Below, piece by piece: positions 24,889 through 34,255 of a DNA stretch of 64,000 nucleotides. The stretch lies in IMG/VR virus record IMGVR_UViG_3300045988_183134, positions 1 through 64,000 of that record. One strand, given 5' to 3'. Both the position numbers and the translations under genes were made by a program. Within the stretch, counting starts at the first letter, position 1, and each line of letters starts with the position of its first letter. The notes beneath the pieces were generated by a model. That model was not told the origin of the DNA. It ran no database searches and saw only the letters and a list, made by a program, of their open reading frames with translations. The stretch is from a virus.

Positions 24889-27609
24889 ATGACACTGAAC
24901 GACTTGTCAAGCGAACAGCAGGAATTCGTACATTTGGCATTGTCGGGCAAAAACGTATTATGTGATGCCTGCATTGGCAGCGGAAAAACATCGACCATCA
25001 ACGTGCTCTGTGATGCGTACCCTCCAGAACGGCGTATCCTGTACTTGACCTATAACCGATTACTCAAACTTGACGCCAAAGACAAAATCAAAAATCATAA
25101 TGTCTTGGTTCAGAACTATCATGGATTTGCAAGCCTGCTGCTGAACAAAAAGGGAATCCGGAATTGCGGGCAGGGTGAACAGCTCGCCATGGTATTGGAA
25201 AAGAAAATTCCGATTCCGCCAATTGATACTCTTATCATTGACGAGTACCAGGATATCAATGACGAGATTGCAGAACTACTCAAATATATCCGCTCTCAGA
25301 ATCCCGGTCTACAAATCGTCGCTGTGGGCGATATGAAGCAGAAAATCTACGATGATACAGCGTTGGATGTCTGGACATTCATGCAGGATTTCCTCGGCCG
25401 CCATGAACAAGTGATTTTCACGAAGTGTTTCCGTATTTCCCATGACTTGGCAGAACGGCTTGGCAATATCTGGGGTAAGACCATCAACGGCGTAAATAGC
25501 TCCTGTATCGTGGAACAGATGTCGGTCGATGAAGTGACAGAGTTCATGAATAAGCAGAACCCAAAAAATGTCCTTTGCCTGGGTGCTCGAATTGGAGCCA
25601 TGACGAAGGTGCTCAATGACTTAGAGAATCGACCGGGGAACCTCTATGACAAGCATCATGTCTATGCAAGTATCGCAGACAATGATGGGAATAAGGCAGT
25701 AGCACCCTCCTCGGATGTTGGTATCTTCACAACTTTTGACGGCAGCAAAGGTATGGAGCGGCCTATCTGCGTTGTGTTTGATTTCACGGAAGAATACTGG
25801 TCGTCTCGTACAAGCAAACCGATGGCACGATATGAGATTCTTCGAAATTTGTTTTGTGTCGCAGCAAGCCGTGGAAAGCAACGAATCATTTTCGTAAACT
25901 CAGACCATCCGTTGAGCGATAAATCTCTGATGACCCCAACTGAAACTCTTCGCGGATTTCCGCATCCGTTCGCATTCTCTGAGATGTTTGACCATAAATT
26001 CATCGAGGATGTAGATGCCTGCTATAAGCTGTTGGAAGTCGCACCGATTGAACGTAATGATACCACGACCATTGATATCCAGACGGCAGATGCAATGATT
26101 GATTTGTCTCCCTGCATCAGCATCTACATGCAGGCAGGATTCTTTAATTCCTACGATATAGATGACGCACTTGCGTATTACATGGACCTGCATAAAGACA
26201 TGCAGTATTTGAAAATCAAGAAAGGCGCAACGGTCGAGGATAAGGTTCTGCTGCTCACGGCGCTTGAAACGAATCAGTGCCGGTATGTAAAACAGGTCAA
26301 GCCTCCTTTTGTGAGCGCAAAAGCCAAAATGTCGCTCAGTATGCGGCTTGGCACCGTGTTCACTCCCGATGAGTATGTTCAGGCACGCGGAGATATCGAC
26401 ATCCATACTAATGACCATAAAGTGATTTATGCCTCGGGCCTTGCGGATGTCGTAAAGAACAACACCGTCTACTGCATCAAGTTCATCAGCAGTCTGGCAC
26501 ACAAGCATTTTCTGCAGTGTGCGTGTTCTATGATTACGCTGGGGCTTCCATATGGCGTTGTCTGGAACGTGAAAAGTAACCTGATGTACAGCGTAAAAAT
26601 CAAGGATAAGGACGCTCTGATTGACGCAATCCTCAAGTGCATCACGAAACGAGCTTACAACGGCGCGGATTATTACACCTGCCGAAAAGGCTTTGTACAG
26701 GATACGGCATCGATTATCGACCGCTGGACTGACGACGGATATGCGGAAGAGCCCACCACTATCACTTCCGGAGATGGTATTGCCATCATCAAGCAAGGAA
26801 GCCGTTATTTCGTGATGGATGGAGCACGCCGAAACACTCTGAACGATAATTTTGGGCTTGGTTTTGCCGATGTGAAAGACGCTTGTCTTGCTTATGCGAA
26901 GAGTTGCGAACTTCAAAAAAACGTGGACCATGATTCTCCTTATTCCGAAGTCGAGTTCTGGCTCGACCAGAACAAGGCGTTTGAGGAATACATGACTCAG
27001 GTAAGCCATGAAATCGAGCAGCACGAAGAAGGACCGTATGCAAAATACAAGTCTTTCGCTACGCCTGCTGTCCGAAAGATGCTGGCGGAAAAGGGACTGA
27101 CCATCACGTTCCCGGAAAAAGTCCTCATCAAGGTTTGGAAGATGCGCCGCGCCGAAGATGCCATGTATCAGAAAATCGAAGAAGCAAAGAAGCAGAACAG
27201 CCCCAACGTACCTCTTGATGAGGCGTTCTTTGACTCTGAACTGGTGGATTCCGTTGAGGGAAGCATCGAAAGCGCCAAGGCAAAATCCAAGCCCAAAAAG
27301 GAATCCGCATTACCGTTTTCCAAGTACGGCGCAGATGAGAAGAAGAGCTATCGTGTCGTGAAAAGCGATGAACTCTCAAAGCCCAACCAGCCCCGTTATG
27401 TTGTGGTCGAGGCCGCAACTGATAAGGTCTTGGACAACGCTAACGGATACGGATACCTCTCCTATCAGGCTGCCTGGAAAGGGTATTCGTACAAGAGCAA
27501 GCATCATCTGGATGGGGCAAAGAAGCCTATGAGCAAGAGCGCAAAAGAACGGGCTAAGAAAAAGGCAGCTTTCTTCTCGACCGATTCGGAACAGCTCAGT
27601 TTCGGCTGA
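24889..27609 (+). CDS. UvrD/Rep-like SF1 helicase with a long C-terminal extension
   Basis: AAGGAG RBS; CIGSGKTS Walker A, IIDEYQD, VGDMKQKIY, FDGSKGMERP, VAASRGKQRI motifs. Confidence 0.85.
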   Translation: MTLNDLSSEQQEFVHLALSGKNVLCDACIGSGKTSTINVLCDAYPPERRILYLTYNRLLKLDAKDKIKNHNVLVQNYHGFASLLLNKKGIRNCGQGEQLAMVLEKKIPIPPIDTLIIDEYQDINDEIAELLKYIRSQNPGLQIVAVGDMKQKIYDDTALDVWTFMQDFLGRHEQVIFTKCFRISHDLAERLGNIWGKTINGVNSSCIVEQMSVDEVTEFMNKQNPKNVLCLGARIGAMTKVLNDLENRPGNLYDKHHVYASIADNDGNKAVAPSSDVGIFTTFDGSKGMERPICVVFDFTEEYWSSRTSKPMARYEILRNLFCVAASRGKQRIIFVNSDHPLSDKSLMTPTETLRGFPHPFAFSEMFDHKFIEDVDACYKLLEVAPIERNDTTTIDIQTADAMIDLSPCISIYMQAGFFNSYDIDDALAYYMDLHKDMQYLKIKKGATVEDKVLLLTALETNQCRYVKQVKPPFVSAKAKMSLSMRLGTVFTPDEYVQARGDIDIHTNDHKVIYASGLADVVKNNTVYCIKFISSLAHKHFLQCACSMITLGLPYGVVWNVKSNLMYSVKIKDKDALIDAILKCITKRAYNGADYYTCRKGFVQDTASIIDRWTDDGYAEEPTTITSGDGIAIIKQGSRYFVMDGARRNTLNDNFGLGFADVKDACLAYAKSCELQKNVDHDSPYSEVEFWLDQNKAFEEYMTQVSHEIEQHEEGPYAKYKSFATPAVRKMLAEKGLTITFPEKVLIKVWKMRRAEDAMYQKIEEAKKQNSPNVPLDEAFFDSELVDSVEGSIESAKAKSKPKKESALPFSKYGADEKKSYRVVKSDELSKPNQPRYVVVEAATDKVLDNANGYGYLSYQAAWKGYSYKSKHHLDGAKKPMSKSAKERAKKKAAFFSTDSEQLSFG

Positions 27610-27827
27610 TTCAGACGACAGAGCTAGGACTCATAACCTCAGCGGCAGGGATACCTTATCGCCGCTGGTGAGAGGAGGTGTTATGCACAGACTCAGAACG
27701 CTGCGCATTGTTTCGATGCAGCTACGCCAACTCGACCAACACGAATATAATCACAAATCAGGGAATTTTTCTGAATATCAATAACAAATATCAAACACAC
27801 GCCTACTTGGGCAGAAAGGAATCACAA

Positions 27828-28694
27828 ATGGGACGCTATAATTTCAATCAGAGAACGCGGGATGGCTACGAAATCTCGCCCGAACAGGCAGCAAAATGGC
27901 TTGAGAGGAATGATAACAATCGGAACGTGAACGTCGCCAAAGTCAAAAAGATGGCGAAGGACATGAGAGAAGGACATTGGGATACTACGCATCAGGGTAT
28001 TGCCATCGCCTCCGATGGCACGCTGGTTGACGGACAGCATCGGCTGCTCGCTATCGTCGAGTCCGGTGTGACCGTGCGTATGAACGTGACCTTTAATGCC
28101 GCCAAGTCTCAGCACATCGATTCCGGAAACATCCGCTCCATGGCGAACCGTGTGCAGATGTCCGAGTACGATATGAGCTGGACGAACAATACGATTCTCT
28201 CCGCAGCAAACCTCATCGGCCGCGTGTTCGCAGGCTCGAACCTCAGTCACGAGGAAGCTTTGAGCGAATGGCTGATGAAATACCGCACGCAAATCGAATC
28301 CGCCACCAAGTGCATCAAGAAGGCTACGCTGCCGGGACTCAATTCCGCAGGTACAACAGCGGCCATCATTGTGGCTGCCATGAACGATGTTCCCGCTATT
28401 TATATCGAGAAGTTCATGGACGTGTTCTATTCGGGGTTCACCAACAATGAAGCCGAACATTATGCTATCGCGCTGCGGGACGAACTGCTGCGCGAAAACC
28501 GTGTCAAGCGCGGCACACAGTATGCAAGGTTTGCCTTTTTCCGTACTGCAAACCGACTGAACCAGTATTATAAGACTGCCACCGGGCAGCGCGTTGCTAA
28601 GCGCGTCAATAACGGTGACTTCCCATACAATGTCTACGATGCCAACGGCGGTATCGTAAAGCCCGAAACCAAGAAGACCAAGAAAGCTGGGTAA
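27828..28694 (+). CDS. ParB/sulfiredoxin-like nuclease domain protein
   Basis: GAAAGGAA RBS; NR.V....V..MA.DM..G.W......I....DG.LVDGQHRL. Confidence 0.75.
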   Translation: MGRYNFNQRTRDGYEISPEQAAKWLERNDNNRNVNVAKVKKMAKDMREGHWDTTHQGIAIASDGTLVDGQHRLLAIVESGVTVRMNVTFNAAKSQHIDSGNIRSMANRVQMSEYDMSWTNNTILSAANLIGRVFAGSNLSHEEALSEWLMKYRTQIESATKCIKKATLPGLNSAGTTAAIIVAAMNDVPAIYIEKFMDVFYSGFTNNEAEHYAIALRDELLRENRVKRGTQYARFAFFRTANRLNQYYKTATGQRVAKRVNNGDFPYNVYDANGGIVKPETKKTKKAG

Positions 28695-28802
28695 TGCCAT
28701 CAACTTGAGTCTTTGTGGCTGTATGGATGTTGCAAAACTAAGATATAGCCCCAAAAATTCCGTTAAATCGCATAAAAGATTGTTGCAAGGAGGACGAAAA
28801 CT

Positions 28803-29078
28803 ATGAATGAATTCAAAGCAAGGAGCACGCTGGGAAGCGAGGCTGTCCCGGTTTTCGACGATGACGGTGAGCTCACGGAATGGCTGCACCGGGACAACTA
28901 TACTGTCGAGGAATTGGAACTGATGAACTTTGTCGGCGATGAAAAGCCCGTCATCAAAAAGGACGGCGTGAAAATCATCCGGGATGGCACGGTCATTCGG
29001 AGGACCAACACTGAAACAAGAAAAACTGAATTTCTATTCATCCCGCGCATTGTCACCAGCGAACAGAAAACGGTGTGA
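28803..29078 (+). CDS. hypothetical protein
   Basis: 91-aa ORF with AAGGAGG RBS. Confidence 0.6.
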   Translation: MNEFKARSTLGSEAVPVFDDDGELTEWLHRDNYTVEELELMNFVGDEKPVIKKDGVKIIRDGTVIRRTNTETRKTEFLFIPRIVTSEQKTV

Positions 29079-29368
29079 GGTGCAACGTGTTAAAAATTTA
29101 TGGGTCCAGTGACGACCTTGTCTGCCTGGATAATTCCAACTATGGGGTCGATGAAATTGGTTGCTTCGATGTCAAGGGAGTCCGGCTGTTCTTGGATGAT
29201 GACACGATTTTGGTAGTGCGCTATACGAACGGTATCTGGCGCATTGAAATTAAACGCAAGGGTACGGCACCATATCAGCATGAGGTCTGTGCGGGCAATG
29301 ATGAGGCCGATTACAGCGATATCTTTTGTACGGAATCCGACGTTATTGCGCACGAAATCATTCGATGA
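29075..29368 (+). CDS. hypothetical protein
   Basis: GTG start overlapping the previous stop; alternative GTG at 29087 after GAGGTG. Confidence 0.55.
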   Translation: MRCNVLKIYGSSDDLVCLDNSNYGVDEIGCFDVKGVRLFLDDDTILVVRYTNGIWRIEIKRKGTAPYQHEVCAGNDEADYSDIFCTESDVIAHEIIR

Positions 29369-29382
29369 GGATTGGAGCAGCC

Positions 29383-30048
29383 ATGGCAAAAACTCTTCTG
29401 ACTCAAAAAATCGAATCAGCGCTAAAGGTTTGGCATCCTGCCAACTATGGTGGATACCGGGTTGATTCGTTCCGTCAAGGCTTCGACGCTCTGGAAGTAC
29501 CTGTCGAGTGTGGCTCGATAAAATCCGGCCTTGTTGACTTCGTTCGGGTTCAAGAGTGCTTCACATCAGAAACAAAATGTGGGACCTGCAAACTCTCAAT
29601 GTACAGGGATGAGGACAGAGACTTAGTTATGCCGTCCGTCCGGCAGTGGACGCAGGAAGTATCATGCCCTAAAGATATCGCCAACTGGAGTTTTCGTAAT
29701 GAACCGTGTACGGAACGGTTCTGCAGGCTATATAAGACGAAACATACATACACCATCGACACCGTCATCACCTGCGTGGAAATTAAGGTTTCCGTGAGTG
29801 ACTTTCACTCTGACCATGGCCACAACTTTGTGGGGCACTGTAACTACTATGCGATGCCGTTAGCGCTATACAAGAAGGTCAAAGATGAGATTCCTGATGG
29901 TATAGGAGTTCTGCTATATTACAACGGCGAAAATACCTGCGGGATTCGCAAGAAAATCGAATGCAAGCCCCGCCAACTCTCGGAGAAAACCCAGAAATGG
30001 CTCATCATGTCAGTTGCTAAGCGACTGACAAAAATGAGCAAAGCATAA
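29383..30048 (+). CDS. PD-(D/E)xK-like nuclease (MmcB-like)
   Basis: GGAG RBS; GLVDFV ... ITCVEIKVS arrangement resembles D..ExK; Cys-rich insert. Confidence 0.55.
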   Translation: MAKTLLTQKIESALKVWHPANYGGYRVDSFRQGFDALEVPVECGSIKSGLVDFVRVQECFTSETKCGTCKLSMYRDEDRDLVMPSVRQWTQEVSCPKDIANWSFRNEPCTERFCRLYKTKHTYTIDTVITCVEIKVSVSDFHSDHGHNFVGHCNYYAMPLALYKKVKDEIPDGIGVLLYYNGENTCGIRKKIECKPRQLSEKTQKWLIMSVAKRLTKMSKA

Positions 30049-30084
30049 ACAATGAGAGATATTAAGAATTGGGATATATCGGCC

Positions 30085-30102
30085 GTGACAAGTCGGTATA
30101 AA
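30085..30102 (+). promoter_or_regulatory. dyad-box promoter, degenerate copy
   Basis: GTGACAA gtcgg TATAAA upstream of two small membrane-protein genes. Confidence 0.4.
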
Positions 30103-30161
30103 ATGTTTTATAATTGCCCTTGCGGTGACATTTTTGCATCCGCAGCATAAAGGAGAACGAA

Positions 30162-30278
30162 ATGAAAAGGCTTTTGAAAATTATCATTTTTGCCATCCTG
30201 GCCGGACTTAGTATTTTCTGGTATACAGAAAGCCGGAAGCGCCAGGCCATGATTCCGCTCGAATTTCGAGGCGAGTGA
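30162..30278 (+). CDS. 38-aa membrane peptide (not in the ORF track)
   Basis: AAAGGAG RBS 6 nt upstream; MKRLLKIIIFAILAGLSIFWY.. Confidence 0.4.
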   Translation: MKRLLKIIIFAILAGLSIFWYTESRKRQAMIPLEFRGE

Positions 30279-30279
30279 A

Positions 30280-30492
30280 ATGCGAAAAGACATCAAAATT
30301 GTGCTGGAAAGCATCTGGTATCTAATTCTGCCGGTGTTTATTTTTGTACTTAACATTAGATATTGGCATGGGTATCTAGCGAATCCTGGCTGGTCCTTGA
30401 CCCATCCGTCATATGTTGTTCTTGGATTTGTCTTGAGCGCTGCGTTGTGCTTTGAGATTGTATATATCGACATCAAGTTTGGGGAAAAATAG
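30280..30492 (+). CDS. small membrane protein
   Basis: 70 aa with two hydrophobic segments; starts 1 nt after the previous stop. Confidence 0.5.
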   Translation: MRKDIKIVLESIWYLILPVFIFVLNIRYWHGYLANPGWSLTHPSYVVLGFVLSAALCFEIVYIDIKFGEK

Positions 30493-30495
30493 CGC

Positions 30496-30523
30496 TTGCC
30501 AAAATATACGAACGCCGTACAAT
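30496..30523 (+). promoter_or_regulatory. dyad-box promoter, family copy
   Basis: TTGCCA aaat ATACGAA cgccg TACAAT. Confidence 0.55.
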
Positions 30524-30616
30524 GTAAAGTGTGAACAGATACTAAGCAATCAGTAGGATTCACAATCTGTATTTTAAGCGGACTTATCCCATAGCGGGGT
30601 AGGTCCGCTTTTTTTG
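30524..30616 (+). ncRNA. structured RNA cassette, family member
   Basis: GTGAACAGATACTA box, TGTGAA/TTCACA helix, ATTCACAATCTG box, terminator AAGCGGACTT..AGGTCCGCTT followed by T7. Confidence 0.6.
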
Positions 30617-30634
30617 TTGAAAGGAGAAGAATTC

Positions 30635-31795
30635 ATGAAAATCAAAAACAAGCTTTTACGGAGTACAGCGGCAATCATCGCTGCGCTCTTTGCACTCAGC
30701 TTCACCGGCTGCGGTCAGAATCCGATAATATCGGAAAGTCCATCCAGTATCGGGGTCGTCTCAGAAAGCACTGTGAGCAGTGACCAGACGGCTGGCGGTT
30801 CGGTGGACGGCAGCTTTACCATTCATTTTATAGACGTAGGGCAGGCGGATTCCGCTCTTGTTACCTGCGACGGCCACTCAATGCTCATTGATGGCGGCAA
30901 TGTCGATGATTCTAACCTCTTATATTCTGTTATGCAGCGTGAAACCGATGGGCACCTGGATTATGTCGTTGGGACTCACGCGCACGAAGACCACATCGGC
31001 GGCTTGTCCGGTGCTTTTGAGGCCGTCACTGCGAACATGACTCTATGCCCTGTGACAGAATACGACAGCAAAGCATTTCGGGACTTTGCAAGCTACGCGG
31101 AGCAAAAAGGCGGAGGCATCACGATACCGGATGTGGGTGAAACCTACACTCTGGGGGAAGCGGAATTCACGATAGTTGGTGTTAATTCTGTTCCCAATGA
31201 CACGAACAATACTTCGATTGTTTTGCGTATTGTCTATGGAGACACCTCGTTCCTCTTTACCGGAGATGCGGAACAGGAAGCGGAAAACGTGATACTTGCA
31301 TCGGGACAAGACATTCAGTCAACAGTTCTGAAAGTAGGGCATCATGGCTCAAGTACATCTACCTCAGAGGCTTTTCTGGATGCGGTAAATCCAACATATG
31401 CTGTGATTTCTTGTGGCACAGGGAACAGTTACGGTCATCCACATCAGGAAACACTCGACAAGTTGCAAAACAAAGGTGTCGAGGTTTATCGCACAGACCT
31501 GCTGGGTGATATTTACTGCACCTCGGATGGCAAAGAGGTAAGTTTCACTTCCGGTGAATATCATGATGAAAATCGGATTGAAGCCGGTAGTGCTGCAGAT
31601 TCCAAGGATGAACAGGACAAAGCTTCACTTGTCATAGACGAGACATACGTTCTGAACACGAGCACTATGAAGTTTCACAAACCCGATTGCTCTGCAGTCG
31701 AATCGATGAGTCAAAAGAATCGAATCGACTATATGGGGCCCCGCGATGAGCTCATCCAGGAAGGGTATTCGGCGTGTGGGATTTGCAAACCATAA
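30635..31795 (+). CDS. MBL-fold (ComEC/Rec2 C-terminal-like) hydrolase lipoprotein with a Cys-rich tail
   Basis: lipobox LSFTGC; HFIDVGQADS, DGG, GTHAHEDHIGG, TGD, VGHHGS motifs; C-terminal HKPDC..C.IC. Confidence 0.85.
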   Translation: MKIKNKLLRSTAAIIAALFALSFTGCGQNPIISESPSSIGVVSESTVSSDQTAGGSVDGSFTIHFIDVGQADSALVTCDGHSMLIDGGNVDDSNLLYSVMQRETDGHLDYVVGTHAHEDHIGGLSGAFEAVTANMTLCPVTEYDSKAFRDFASYAEQKGGGITIPDVGETYTLGEAEFTIVGVNSVPNDTNNTSIVLRIVYGDTSFLFTGDAEQEAENVILASGQDIQSTVLKVGHHGSSTSTSEAFLDAVNPTYAVISCGTGNSYGHPHQETLDKLQNKGVEVYRTDLLGDIYCTSDGKEVSFTSGEYHDENRIEAGSAADSKDEQDKASLVIDETYVLNTSTMKFHKPDCSAVESMSQKNRIDYMGPRDELIQEGYSACGICKP

Positions 31796-31813
31796 AAATT
31801 GCACCTGATTTAC

Positions 31814-31841
31814 TCGACAAGCTGTGCGAACCGACTACAAT
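31814..31841 (+). promoter_or_regulatory. dyad-box promoter, family copy
   Basis: TCGACA agct GTGCGAA ccgac TACAAT. Confidence 0.6.
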
Positions 31842-31952
31842 AAAAATTGTACGATAGATAACATTCCATATCGAAAGGGTTTTATGCCTTTCGTACATTC
31901 ACAATTTCGCTTAAAGGGCGGACTTCCTGTTTTTAGGGAGCCCGCCCTTTTT
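31842..31952 (+). ncRNA. structured RNA cassette, family member
   Basis: TTGTACGATAGATAACA box, GTACGA/TCGTAC helix, ATTCACAATTTCG box, terminator GGGCGGACTTCC..GGGAGCCCGCCC followed by T5. Confidence 0.65.
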
Positions 31953-31978
31953 GTATGAACAAGAAGGAGCGTAATGCA

Positions 31979-32719
31979 ATGTTCAAAATTCACGATGACA
32001 AAGTCTATTTCGTCGCCGAAACCCCCGATATCAACAAAGTTATCGAAATCTTCCTACCTAAGGATGACCGCGGCACCATTATGGATTCACACGAAATCCG
32101 TGTGGACCTGTGCCGTGCCGTCATTCACATGGAGAAGAAGGGTGTCCGTGTCTTGAAGGTCCGCAACATTGAGGATACCAACAAGGCAAGCATCGACATC
32201 TGGCACATGCCGGAATATCAGGAGGCTGCAGAGTCTCCCGTAAGCGATGTGGTCAATGCCTGCATTGAGTCCTGCTTTGATTCCGGTGCAATGTTCAATC
32301 TGCCATGCAAAGCCAACCGCAAAACCCATGAAGTTTTTGCTGTCGAATGCTGCGCAAGCCCCGATGATGATGACTCGTTCAGTTATGCAGAAGTGAAAAT
32401 CAACGGCAAGGATTATCCTATCAATTTTATTGACGATATTCTTCTCGAAAACAATGTTGATGATGCGCTGGATGAGTTTTATAGAATTCAGCAGACAGGC
32501 GAGTATTGGCAGCCTGATGGCAACAAAACGCTGGATGATGCCATTCACGAATGTCGTTGGGCTATCCTGAAGGATGCCATCCAGAAGCGCGGACATGAGG
32601 CTGTTGCTGATTTTGTCGGGACCGACATTTCCAGCGATACTTACGACCGCGTGATGGATGAAACCGAAGCCCAAATGCCGGACGAAGAGTTCGAGCGCTT
32701 CTGGGAAAAGTACATCTAA
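31979..32719 (+). CDS. hypothetical protein
   Basis: ATG 9 nt after AAGGAG (the track start at 31955 abuts the terminator); 246 aa. Confidence 0.65.
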   Translation: MFKIHDDKVYFVAETPDINKVIEIFLPKDDRGTIMDSHEIRVDLCRAVIHMEKKGVRVLKVRNIEDTNKASIDIWHMPEYQEAAESPVSDVVNACIESCFDSGAMFNLPCKANRKTHEVFAVECCASPDDDDSFSYAEVKINGKDYPINFIDDILLENNVDDALDEFYRIQQTGEYWQPDGNKTLDDAIHECRWAILKDAIQKRGHEAVADFVGTDISSDTYDRVMDETEAQMPDEEFERFWEKYI

Positions 32720-32754
32720 GAAACATCTCACACACAGAAAGGGAGCATATTACT

Positions 32755-33081
32755 ATGGCTATTTTCAATACCAACGAATTTCTCCACAAAACCTTCAGCA
32801 AGACCATCTTTGGTACTGCTGCACTTCGTCCGGAAGCAGTTTGTGCAGACGGCTTCACCCTGTCGATTCAGGCAAGCGGCATGCACTACTGCATACCGAA
32901 CGAAGACCTGTCGGACGGCAATTACTCTAAGGTCGAACTCAGCTACTTGTCTGAGGAGGTCGAAGAGTTTCTGCCGTTTGCTGAAGACGACGAGGCACCG
33001 CTGGCTACGGTCTACGGGTATGTGCCCGTAGAAACCGTAGAAGCGGTTCTGGCCAAGCATGGCGGCATCGTCAACGTTTAG
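32755..33081 (+). CDS. hypothetical protein
   Basis: 108-aa ORF with AAGGGAG RBS. Confidence 0.65.
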   Translation: MAIFNTNEFLHKTFSKTIFGTAALRPEAVCADGFTLSIQASGMHYCIPNEDLSDGNYSKVELSYLSEEVEEFLPFAEDDEAPLATVYGYVPVETVEAVLAKHGGIVNV

Positions 33082-33096
33082 GAAGGAGGAATACCA

Positions 33097-33426
33097 ATGC
33101 TAAAGACTTTCACTATCGTCGCCAATGAGGTCATTGGCTTATCCGCAACGGAATGCACACTGATTCAGTTTAGCTACAATCCGGAGCAAATCCGTGACCC
33201 CGAAACGGTCCTGCGCAGTGCTGTCATGGACTATCTCAAGACGGATGAAGGCAAACGACAGCTGGAAATCAACTGTGGTTGCTGGAACTGGGGCGATGTC
33301 GATGACATTCCCGGCTCGTTCTTCTTGAACTATGGTCTGACTAAAATCGCTCCGCCGGATGTGAATGTTGTCGTCGACCGCAACGAGAACTTCATGGACG
33401 ACTACGAGGATTGCGAGGAAGAATAA
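33097..33426 (+). CDS. hypothetical acidic protein
   Basis: 109-aa ORF with GGAAGGAGG RBS. Confidence 0.65.
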   Translation: MLKTFTIVANEVIGLSATECTLIQFSYNPEQIRDPETVLRSAVMDYLKTDEGKRQLEINCGCWNWGDVDDIPGSFFLNYGLTKIAPPDVNVVVDRNENFMDDYEDCEEE

Positions 33427-33444
33427 CAGAAAGGGCATGGAAAA

Positions 33445-34185
33445 ATGCGTATTTATAGCGCAAACAACGTATTCATAGAAGTTACGCGCCGGTGCAATAT
33501 GTGCTGTGCGCACTGCCTGCGCGGAGATGCCGAAAGCATCGATATTCAGGAGAAGTACATCGATGCTTTTCTCGACAGCTTTGAGAAGGGAGCTTATATC
33601 AGCTCTCTTACCTTTACCGGTGGGGAAATCTCTCTGAATATACCGGCAATTCGATACACCTTGAAAGCTGTCAAAGAGCGCGGTATCGCCGTTGGAAGCT
33701 TTTACATGGTCACTAACGGAAAAGCTGTCGATAAGATGGCTGACCTTGCTATGGCGAGTCTGGAGTGGTGGGCCTACTGCGATGAAAAAGATGACTATAT
33801 GTGCGGTCTTTGCATCAGCAGTGATAACTTCCACGAAGTAATCCCATATGAAAGTAAAAGTATCCTTAGTGGCTTGAAATATAACCGTAACGATAAGGTA
33901 ACGGACTTTCATCTGGCTTATTTACTGAACGAAGGGCGTGCTAAGAATCTCGATTCGAATATCTATAAGAAGCGTGAACCTCATGTAGACAAGCTCGAAT
34001 ACGAATTCAACAAAACCGGCGATATCGACTTTTACAGCGGCGAGCTGTACTTGAACGCCATCGGTGATGTCGTTTCCGGCTGCGATTGGTCCTACAAGTC
34101 GCAGAAGAAATATCGTTTTGGTAATGTAATGAACAAAAACTGGCTGGAGAACATTTCCAACAGCGAGTTGTACATTGCAAGCTAA
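33445..34185 (+). CDS. small radical SAM enzyme with a truncated SPASM/twitch-like tail
   Basis: CNMCCAHC fits CX3CX2C; FTGGE SAM motif; C-terminal GDVVSGCDWSY..FGNV. Confidence 0.8.
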   Translation: MRIYSANNVFIEVTRRCNMCCAHCLRGDAESIDIQEKYIDAFLDSFEKGAYISSLTFTGGEISLNIPAIRYTLKAVKERGIAVGSFYMVTNGKAVDKMADLAMASLEWWAYCDEKDDYMCGLCISSDNFHEVIPYESKSILSGLKYNRNDKVTDFHLAYLLNEGRAKNLDSNIYKKREPHVDKLEYEFNKTGDIDFYSGELYLNAIGDVVSGCDWSYKSQKKYRFGNVMNKNWLENISNSELYIAS

Positions 34186-34255
34186 ACCATATCACTTATA
34201 CATTGCCACTGTTTTCCTACAGAAACGGTGGCTTTTTTAGAAAAGGAGACCACAA

